Part shown: piece after piece, positions 57,055 through 64,000 of the stretch
Position numbering within the stretch: position 1 is the stretch's first letter
Layout: each line of letters opens with the position of its first letter
DNA from: Alistipes sp.
GTDB taxonomy: Bacteria; Bacteroidota; Bacteroidia; Bacteroidales; Rikenellaceae
NCBI GenBank assembly: GCA_045603645.1
Contig: JAZUMN010000084.1
Span: 7,019 to 71,018 of the forward strand
DNA length: 64,000 nucleotides
Direction of reading: 5' to 3'
Translations under genes and position numbers: made by a program
The notes under the pieces: generated by a model
What the model was told of the DNA's origin: nothing
The model's input: only the letters and a program-made list of their open reading frames with translations
Database searches by the model: none

Positions 57055-57732
57055 ATGAAACACCGCGTATCAAAACCAATACCAGCAGACTCTTCGAGCA
57101 TTGTTGCCCGCCGCGACCTGCTGCCCATTGAGAGTGATGGAAGCATATCGGTATCGTTTGGCGAGCGCGAACTGCTCTTTACAAACAATCTTCCCGAAGG
57201 GTGGATTGAGTATCCCTGCGCCGAGCTATCGGGTATTTCACGAGCGAAGATAATGAATTTTCTCGACACTTACAAACGTGTGGCTGTATGTTCCTCTGAT
57301 GCTTGGCAGTCGTTCCTCGGGTTTGCGTCACAATTCGTGTGGGTTGAGGCTGCCGGAGGTGTTGTGGAGAATAGCCGTCGGGAGGTGGTTATGATACGTC
57401 GCAACGAGCGCTGGGACCTGCCCAAAGGCCATCGCGAGCAAGGCGAGGAGTTTGCAGCGTGTGCAGCACGCGAAGCTGAGGAGGAGACCGGGGTAAGTGT
57501 TGGCGAGGTTGGCCCGATGTTGGCAACAACATTGCACGCGTATAACCTGTATGGCAAGTGGGAGTTGAAACTGACCGTCTGGTACGCTATGCGTGGCGAG
57601 GCAGAGGCGTTGCAGCCTCAGCGCGAGGAGGGTATCATCTGCGCCGAGTGGATTGGCAGAGAGCAGATACGCGAAAAAATAAAGAGATCGTTCCCCACAA
57701 TTCAGCGGGTGTTTGATGCGTTTTTAAGATAA
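57055..57732 (+). CDS. NUDIX hydrolase
   Basis: 'EAAGGVV', Nudix box 'LPKGHRE...AAREAEEETG'. Confidence 0.92.
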   Translation: MKHRVSKPIPADSSSIVARRDLLPIESDGSISVSFGERELLFTNNLPEGWIEYPCAELSGISRAKIMNFLDTYKRVAVCSSDAWQSFLGFASQFVWVEAAGGVVENSRREVVMIRRNERWDLPKGHREQGEEFAACAAREAEEETGVSVGEVGPMLATTLHAYNLYGKWELKLTVWYAMRGEAEALQPQREEGIICAEWIGREQIREKIKRSFPTIQRVFDAFLR

Positions 57733-57742
57733 ACTGAACAAT

Positions 57743-59299
57743 ATGGTCAAGATATTATGGGTAGATGATGAGGTGGAGTTACTGAAACCCCACGTTCTCT
57801 TTCTTCAAGGCAAGGGCTACGAGGTCGATACGTGCAATAATGGATACGATGCTATCGATATGGTGCGTGCAACGGCGTACGACCTTATAATCCTGGATGA
57901 AATGATGCCCGGAATGACAGGCTTGGAGACCCTGCCTCTGATAAAGGAGGTGCGACCCACAACGCCCGTGATTATGGTCACAAAGAGTGAGGAGGAGAAC
58001 ATTATGGACAAGGCCATAGGCTCGAAGATTGCCGACTACATCATCAAGCCTGTGAATCCTAACCAGGTGCTGCTGTCGATAAAGAAGAATGTACACTCGC
58101 AACAACTCGTTACCGAGCAGACCACAGCCGACTACCGAGCCGAGTTCGGGCGTATATCGTCAATGTGCCAGATGGCATCGTCGTTTGCGGCGTGGAGTGC
58201 CCTGTATCGTAAGATTACGGGTTGGGAGATAGAGCTCTCGTCATCATCCGACCAAAGCATCAAGGAGGTGCTGGCGTACCAGAAGAGTGAGGCAAACCAG
58301 GAGTTCTGCAAGTTTGTACGTCGCAACTACTACGATTGGATAAACAAGCGCGTGGCAGAGGAGGAGATTCCCGTAATGTCGCATACGCTTATGCGTAAGA
58401 AGATATTTCCCGAGGTGGACAAGCACTCAAAGACTACGCTGCTGCTCATTGATAACTTCCGTTATGATCAGTGGCGTGCGATAAGTTCGCTGCTCAGAGG
58501 CTATTACGATGTCGATGTTGATGATCTGTACTGTGCCATTCTGCCTACGGCAACGCAGTATGCCCGCAATGCCATCTTTGCAGGTCTGATGCCGCTGGCC
58601 ATAGATAAACTTATGCCCAACAAGTGGCTTAATGACAACGAGGAGGGCGGTAAAAATCAGTATGAGGATGAGTTTCTGCGCCGTCAGATGCAGACGTGCG
58701 GCAAGAACTATAAGTGGACTTTCGATAAGCTGGTACGTCCCGAGGCGGGTAGAAAACTTATAGATAACATAAATCGTATATATGACGCCGACTTCTCGGT
58801 TATTGTGTATAATTTCCTCGATATCCTATCGCACGCCCGCACTGAGACAGACATCATAAGGGAGCTGACCGAAGATGAGGCTTCGTTCCGCTCGCTGACG
58901 CGTTCGTGGTTCGAGCATTCGGAGTTATACACCATACTCAAACTACTCTCGGAGCGTGGGCATACCGTAATCATAACCTCCGACCACGGAACAATTCGTG
59001 TGGATAACCCCGTGAAGGTCACGGGCGACCGTGAGACATCGCCCAACCTGCGTTACAAGACGGGTCGCAACCTCCAATACAATGCACGCGAGGTGTATGA
59101 GGTTACGCGTCCTGAGGATATTCAGCTGCCACGCATAAACCTCTCGTCAAGTTATATTTTTGCGTACAACTCGGATTTTCTGGTATATAACAACGACGCG
59201 AATAAGTTTATACGATACTACCGCAACACCTTCCAGCACGGAGGTATATCGATGGAGGAGATGCTGGTGCCATACATTGTGTTAAAACCCAAAAAATAG
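57743..59299 (+). CDS. porX: Response regulator / PglZ-domain phosphodiesterase PorX
   Basis: Receiver domain 'WVDDE...LDEMMPG...KP'. PglZ 'IDNFRYDQW', 'LPTATQYARN', 'TSDHG', 'FQHGGIS'. porX-tsaE synteny. Confidence 0.93.
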   Translation: MVKILWVDDEVELLKPHVLFLQGKGYEVDTCNNGYDAIDMVRATAYDLIILDEMMPGMTGLETLPLIKEVRPTTPVIMVTKSEEENIMDKAIGSKIADYIIKPVNPNQVLLSIKKNVHSQQLVTEQTTADYRAEFGRISSMCQMASSFAAWSALYRKITGWEIELSSSSDQSIKEVLAYQKSEANQEFCKFVRRNYYDWINKRVAEEEIPVMSHTLMRKKIFPEVDKHSKTTLLLIDNFRYDQWRAISSLLRGYYDVDVDDLYCAILPTATQYARNAIFAGLMPLAIDKLMPNKWLNDNEEGGKNQYEDEFLRRQMQTCGKNYKWTFDKLVRPEAGRKLIDNINRIYDADFSVIVYNFLDILSHARTETDIIRELTEDEASFRSLTRSWFEHSELYTILKLLSERGHTVIITSDHGTIRVDNPVKVTGDRETSPNLRYKTGRNLQYNAREVYEVTRPEDIQLPRINLSSSYIFAYNSDFLVYNNDANKFIRYYRNTFQHGGISMEEMLVPYIVLKPKK

Positions 59300-59305
59300 G
59301 ATATT

Positions 59306-59719
59306 ATGAAGAGAATAGAGATAGACTCACAGTCGGAGTTGGATGGCGTTGCTGAGTTAATTATCGAGTCGCTCGATGGGCGTGACGTGGTGTTGTTCAG
59401 GGGCGGTATGGGTGCAGGCAAGACAACGCTCATAAGCCGCATAGTTGCCCTGCTGGGAGCACAGGACACCGTAACATCACCAACATTTGCACTGGTAAAT
59501 CAGTATGAGGGCACAGAGCGACGTATATACCACTTCGATTTCTACCGCATAGAGCGCATCGAGGAGGTTTTTGATTTCGGATATGAAGAGTACTTCTACT
59601 CAGGCGACCTGTGCCTTGTGGAGTGGCCAGAAAAGATTGAGGCGCTGATTCCTGACGATGCTATGGTGGTGCGGATTGAGGTAACGGGCGAACAGAGCAG
59701 AGCCTTCGAAATAGAGTAA
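59306..59719 (+). CDS. tsaE: tRNA threonylcarbamoyladenosine biosynthesis ATPase TsaE
   Basis: 'GGMGAGKTT', 'VTSPTF', 'YHFDFYR', 'VEWPE'. Confidence 0.97.
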   Translation: MKRIEIDSQSELDGVAELIIESLDGRDVVLFRGGMGAGKTTLISRIVALLGAQDTVTSPTFALVNQYEGTERRIYHFDFYRIERIEEVFDFGYEEYFYSGDLCLVEWPEKIEALIPDDAMVVRIEVTGEQSRAFEIE

Positions 59720-59777
59720 AGTGAGTGAAAATATTTGTGTAGCAGGCTCTTTATTTGCGTGGGTCTGCTTTTTTTAT

Positions 59778-59785
59778 TACATTTG
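59778..59785 (+). promoter_or_regulatory. Sigma-A -7 element (TAcaTTTG) for dsbD
   Basis: Consensus match about 45 nt before the ATG at 59829. Confidence 0.55.
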
Positions 59786-59828
59786 CACGCAATTAAAACT
59801 ATTGCTAACAATTATAAGACAGACTATT

Positions 59829-61808
59829 ATGAAGGTAAAAAAAATATTTTTGACGCTACTCGCGCTTTGTGCGTCAGTTATGACATTTGCTCAGCCTTTG
59901 GACCCCATTATTTTGAACCCCATTATGTGGAGTAGTTCGGTTGAGAAGATTTCGGACGATGAGTACAAAATCACCTATAAGGCCTCGATAGAGCGCGGTT
60001 GGCATATCTATGATATGGGCCCATACGAGGGTGGCCCTATGGCGACGACGTTTACCTTTGAGCCTTCGGCAGAGTACGAGTTGGTGGGAGGTATGGAGGT
60101 TAATGGTGAGCTGAAACGCCATCATGACAAGAACTTCAATATGGAGATAGGTTACTACGAGGGTGAGGTTACATTCAGCCAGGTGGTAAAGAGCTCGGCG
60201 GCGACAATCGTCGCTACGGTCGATTATATGGTCTGCAACGATAGCAACTGCACAATAGGTGATTTTGAGTTTAAGAACAAGGTGGGTGAGGGCGCTGCTA
60301 CCCCAAAGGCGGAGGTTACCTCTGCCGAGGCTGCACCCGCAGCAGAGGCAGGCAAGGGTGGCTCAATATGGGGCTACATACTCAGCGCTGTGGGCTGGGC
60401 ATTGATAGCATTGCTTACGCCTTGCGTCTTTCCAATGATTCCTATGACCGTATCATTTTTCTTGAAAGGGTCGGGTAGCGTGGCTCAGGGTCGTTTCCGT
60501 GCGTTGATGTATGGTTTGTTTATTGTGCTACTTTATACTCTGCCAATCGGCTTTATCATAATGCTTACCTGGTTAATTGGAGGCGATGCCGTGACAGCTG
60601 ATATATTTAATTGGCTCTCAACGCATTGGTTGCCAAATATCATCTTCTTTGTGGTATTTATGGTCTTTGCAGCATCGTTCTTTGGTGCTTTTGAGATTGT
60701 TCTGCCCGAGAAGATGGTTAATGACAGCGACGCCAAGGCTGACAAGGGTGGCTTGGCAGGTATATTTTTTATGGCACTTACGCTGGTGCTTGTATCGTTC
60801 TCGTGCACAGGTCCAATCATAGGTTCGGCGCTGATACAATCGACATCGGGCGAGGTGTGGACTCCTATTATCACGATGTTTGCCTTCTCGGTGGTCTTTG
60901 CCCTGCCTTTCACGCTGTTTGCCCTGTTCCCATCGTGGCTTAAACAGTTGCCAAAGAGCGGTGGCTGGCTTAACTCGGTAAAGGTTGTTCTGGGCTTTGT
61001 GGAGCTGGCTCTGGGCTTGAAGTTTTTGAGTGTGGCAGACCAGACTTACCATTGGGGCTTGCTCGACCGTGAGGTGTATCTTGCCATATGGATTGCAATA
61101 TTCTTCCTGCTGGGTATGTACCTGCTGGGTAAGTTGAAGTTCAAGCACGACAGCGATATGCAGTATCTGTCGGTTACACGTCTTGCGCTGGCTATTGCAT
61201 CGTTTGCCTTTGTGGTCTATATGCTGCCCGGAATGTGGGGCGCACCACTGCGTGCCTTGTCGGGATATCTGCCACCTATGCAGACTCAGGACTTTGTTAT
61301 GGGCGCAGGCTCGGCGGTTGCGGCATCAGATGCCAAGAAGCCGGACGTCAAGTATGGTGATGTGCTGGAACTTCCCCACGGCTTGGAGGGCTTCTTCGAC
61401 TTGGAGGAGGCCAAGGCGTATGCCAAGAAGGTGGATAAGCCCATATTCTTTGACTTTACGGGTCACGGATGCGTGAACTGCCGCGAGATGGAGTCAAGAG
61501 TGTGGTCTGACCCTCGCGTGCTGGATATTCTGCGAAACGAGTATGTGATAGTGGCTCTCTATGCCGATGATAAACTTACGGTGGATGAGCAGGACTGGGT
61601 TACGACCGAGTCGGGCAAGGTGTTAAAGACGCTGGGTAAGATAAACTCGTATTATGCGTTAAAGACCTACGGCGTGAATGCACAACCCTACTATGTGCTC
61701 ATCGACAAGGAGGGTCGCACAATGGCTGACCGCAGCTACGATTTGGATGTCGAGGGTTTTATAGCCTTCCTGCAAAAGGGCGTTGAGACTTACAAGGCTA
61801 ATAAGTAA
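59829..61808 (+). CDS. dsbD: Thiol:disulfide interchange protein DsbD
   Basis: N-domain 'GWHIY...CNDSNC', TM domain 'TPCVFPM' and 'SFSCTGP', thioredoxin 'CVNC'. Confidence 0.93.
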   Translation: MKVKKIFLTLLALCASVMTFAQPLDPIILNPIMWSSSVEKISDDEYKITYKASIERGWHIYDMGPYEGGPMATTFTFEPSAEYELVGGMEVNGELKRHHDKNFNMEIGYYEGEVTFSQVVKSSAATIVATVDYMVCNDSNCTIGDFEFKNKVGEGAATPKAEVTSAEAAPAAEAGKGGSIWGYILSAVGWALIALLTPCVFPMIPMTVSFFLKGSGSVAQGRFRALMYGLFIVLLYTLPIGFIIMLTWLIGGDAVTADIFNWLSTHWLPNIIFFVVFMVFAASFFGAFEIVLPEKMVNDSDAKADKGGLAGIFFMALTLVLVSFSCTGPIIGSALIQSTSGEVWTPIITMFAFSVVFALPFTLFALFPSWLKQLPKSGGWLNSVKVVLGFVELALGLKFLSVADQTYHWGLLDREVYLAIWIAIFFLLGMYLLGKLKFKHDSDMQYLSVTRLALAIASFAFVVYMLPGMWGAPLRALSGYLPPMQTQDFVMGAGSAVAASDAKKPDVKYGDVLELPHGLEGFFDLEEAKAYAKKVDKPIFFDFTGHGCVNCREMESRVWSDPRVLDILRNEYVIVALYADDKLTVDEQDWVTTESGKVLKTLGKINSYYALKTYGVNAQPYYVLIDKEGRTMADRSYDLDVEGFIAFLQKGVETYKANK

Positions 61809-61829
61809 CAGATATAAAACCAAGGAGTT

Positions 61830-62249
61830 ATGGGTTTGGAAAAATATGAATCAAAACAGCAGCAGATATTAAAGCCTGCATCGCGTATATTCCCCTTTAT
61901 CAGCCGTCTGGATATGCTGACACCGGCGCTTCAAGATAAGGTCGAGGAGTGGTCGGCAACCGAGGATACCTGCTCCTTCAAGGTCAAGGGCTTTACCGTA
62001 GTCCTGCGCATTGAGGAGAGGGTTGAGAATAAGCACGTTAAGGTTACGGGAGACCCCGCGAGCGGCGTGCCCGTAGATTTCTCGTTCTGGATTCAGCTGC
62101 ACGAGGTGTCGGAGACAGATACGCGTATCCGTATGGTGTTGCACGCCGAGCTGAATATGATGATGAAGATGATGATAGGCTCGAAGATTCAGGGTGGACT
62201 GGATAAGGCGGTTGAGGGCTTGGCTATGGCTTTCAATCAGATACCTTAG
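61830..62249 (+). CDS. SRPBCC/START-like conserved protein
   Basis: 139 aa, 'YESKQ', 'FWIQL', 'AELNMMMKMMIG' helix-grip-like pattern. Confidence 0.7.
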   Translation: MGLEKYESKQQQILKPASRIFPFISRLDMLTPALQDKVEEWSATEDTCSFKVKGFTVVLRIEERVENKHVKVTGDPASGVPVDFSFWIQLHEVSETDTRIRMVLHAELNMMMKMMIGSKIQGGLDKAVEGLAMAFNQIP

Positions 62250-62347
62250 TTTAGCCGTTGAGGGCTATGTTTTTGGTTTGTTTTGTGTTAATGCAAATAA
62301 AAGAGAAAAAAAAGTCAGTTTTAATTTGCTAATCGTCAAAAATGTAG

Positions 62348-62355
62348 TACATTTG
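62348..62355 (+). promoter_or_regulatory. Sigma-A -7 element (TAcaTTTG) for the HU operon
   Basis: Consensus match about 45 nt before the HU start. Confidence 0.6.
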
Positions 62356-62400
62356 CAGACCCAAAGTAATAAAATGTTTAACAACAAATAGTGTATTATC

Positions 62401-62673
62401 ATGACTAAGGCAGACATCGTAAACGAGATTTCGAAGGACCTGGGCGTTGAGAAACGTATGGTTCAGGAGATCGTTGATGCTTTTATGGAGAGTGTTCGTA
62501 CCTCTCTTAGCGAAAACAATAATGTTTATCTCCGCGGCTTCGGAAGTTTTATTATTAAGAAGCGTGCTACAAAGGTTGCTCGTAATATTTCAAAGAATAC
62601 TACAATCACCATCCCTGAGCATAACATTCCTGCATTTAAGCCAGCAAAGAGCTTTGCAGCAAAGGTAAAGTAA
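62401..62673 (+). CDS. HU/IHF family DNA-binding protein
   Basis: 'MTKADIV', 'LRGFGSF', 'ARNI', 'PAFKP'. Confidence 0.96.
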   Translation: MTKADIVNEISKDLGVEKRMVQEIVDAFMESVRTSLSENNNVYLRGFGSFIIKKRATKVARNISKNTTITIPEHNIPAFKPAKSFAAKVK

Positions 62674-62699
62674 ACACAATATTCTAAAATCATACAATT

Positions 62700-62789
62700 A
62701 TGCCAAACGGAAAGAAGCACAAGCGTCATAAGATGGCTACGCACAAGCGTAAGAAGCGTCTGCGCAAGAACCGTCATAAGAAGAAGTAG
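62700..62789 (+). CDS. Small basic ribosomal protein bS22 (AURKAIP1/COX24 family), 29 aa
   Basis: Manual translation MPNGKKHKRHKMATHKRKKRLRKNRHKKK*. Below the ORF-track length cut-off. Confidence 0.88.
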   Translation: MPNGKKHKRHKMATHKRKKRLRKNRHKKK

Positions 62790-62824
62790 TGGCGGAGCTA
62801 ATTTATTAGCACATAGGTAAGATA

Positions 62825-62860
62825 AAAGCTAAGGAGTCGGTTTATCTGCTCTTTAGCTTT
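62825..62860 (+). terminator. Hairpin after bS22 (terminator or processing site)
   Basis: aaagctaaggag/ctctttagcttt stem. Confidence 0.6.
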
Positions 62861-62890
62861 GCCTATTTTTTAACGTATAATAATTTTAAG

Positions 62891-64000
62891 ATGAATCGAG
62901 AGTTAGTAATAAATGTAACCCAGAGCGAAATATCAATAGCTTTATGTGAAGATAAAGTGCTGGTTGAGCTCAGTAAGGAGCAGTGTCAGACGGGCTTTTC
63001 CGTTGGTGACATCTACCTTGGCAGGGTGCGTAAGATTATGCCGGGGCTGAATGCCGCCTTCGTGAACATAGGTCACGAGAAGGATGCGTTCATCCACTAC
63101 CTCGATTTGGGAAGTCAGTTTTCGTCGCTGCAACGTGTTGTGGACTCCATGCAGCCGGGCAAGCGTCCCGTGAAGGTGGAGGCCATGAAGTTGGAGCCAA
63201 GCATTGAGAAGCAGGGCAAGCTGGCATCATACCTGCAAGTGGGGCAGACTATTATGGTGCAGGTTGCCAAGGAGGCTATCTCGACTAAGGGTCCTCGCCT
63301 TACGGCCGATATATCGCTGGCGGGGCGTAATGTGGTGTTGGTACCCTTCTCGACAAAGATATCAATCTCGCAAAAGATTCGTTCAAACGAGACTAAAAAG
63401 CGTCTGCGCCGCATTGCCGCAGCCGTTCTTCCCAAAAATTTTGGTGTAATTATACGCACAGCCGCCGCTGAGGCGCAAGATTGCGACATAGAGCAGGATA
63501 TTCTCTCACTCGTAAGCCGTTGGAATAAGGCTGTGGGTAATATCCGCAAGAATCAGGCTCCCGCTCTTTTGATGAGCGAGATGAGTAGAGCCAATACCAT
63601 AATCCGTGACACGCTCAATTCGACCTTCTCGCAAATTACGGTCGATGACGAGACAATGTATCACGAGATTAAAAACTATATTCAGGTAATAGACCCCCAG
63701 TTGGAGAAGATAGTGAAGCTATACCGCGGTACGGTGCCCATCTTCGACAACTTTGATATATCAAAACAGATTAAATCGCTCTTTGCCAAGTATGTGTCGT
63801 TGAAGCGAGGTGCTTACCTCATCATCGAGCATACAGAGGCAATGAACGTCATTGATGTCAATTCGGGTAACCGCACCAAGGCCGAGGTAAATCAGGAGGA
63901 GACGGCTATGGAGGTGAACCTCGCTGCGGCGAAGGAGATTGCACGCCAGTTGCGCCTGCGCGACCTGGGCGGTATTGTCATCATCGACTTCATAGACCTG
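62891..64000 (+). CDS. rng: Rne/Rng family ribonuclease (RNase G-like), 3'-truncated by the window edge
   Basis: Manual translation MNRELVINV...VGDIYLGRVRKIMPGLNAAFVNIG...KGPRLT...IDVNSG...RQLRLRDLGGIVIIDFID. Absent from the ORF track because no stop codon falls in the window. Confidence 0.96.
   Translation, partial: MNRELVINVTQSEISIALCEDKVLVELSKEQCQTGFSVGDIYLGRVRKIMPGLNAAFVNIGHEKDAFIHYLDLGSQFSSLQRVVDSMQPGKRPVKVEAMKLEPSIEKQGKLASYLQVGQTIMVQVAKEAISTKGPRLTADISLAGRNVVLVPFSTKISISQKIRSNETKKRLRRIAAAVLPKNFGVIIRTAAAEAQDCDIEQDILSLVSRWNKAVGNIRKNQAPALLMSEMSRANTIIRDTLNSTFSQITVDDETMYHEIKNYIQVIDPQLEKIVKLYRGTVPIFDNFDISKQIKSLFAKYVSLKRGAYLIIEHTEAMNVIDVNSGNRTKAEVNQEETAMEVNLAAAKEIARQLRLRDLGGIVIIDFIDL

Noticed and set aside
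57743-59299. PglZ domain as evidence of a BREX defence system
   Set aside because: It is fused to a receiver domain and adjacent to tsaE, which is the standard Bacteroidota PorX. No brx genes are present.

Overview
Mostly core chromosome of a Bacteroidota bacterium, probably Alistipes-like Rikenellaceae (gene content, TAnnTTTG promoters, no Shine-Dalgarno sites). Housekeeping genes include cstA, tRNA-Thr(CGT), pgi, gpsA, mreB, dCMP deaminase, secA, sufT/sufE, ABC-F, lptD, amidase-MCE-mutS2-murF/alr, grpE-dnaJ-mutL-rhomboid, a DPP5-like peptidase, porX-tsaE-dsbD and HU-bS22-RNase G. Three small AT-rich accessory inserts lie at about 3.7-5.9 kb, 10.4-11.3 kb and 52.6-54.8 kb. The most striking signal is that each insert is preceded by a promoter and a copy of the same ~190-215 nt long-hairpin leader, whose stems differ in sequence but still pair and which ends in a U-tract. 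This is a candidate undescribed structured RNA or cassette element. Also notable: a 7-gene operon of five surface lipoproteins (fimbrillin-like, DUF4493, PCMD) and two beta-barrels, four of the lipoproteins carrying a pilin-type TRA motif; two intact but apparently catalytically dead enzyme homologues (RibH and a PafA-type phosphatase); and several MITE/RPE-like palindromic repeats. No integrase, transposase or CRISPR array was seen. All family assignments come from motif recognition, not database searches.
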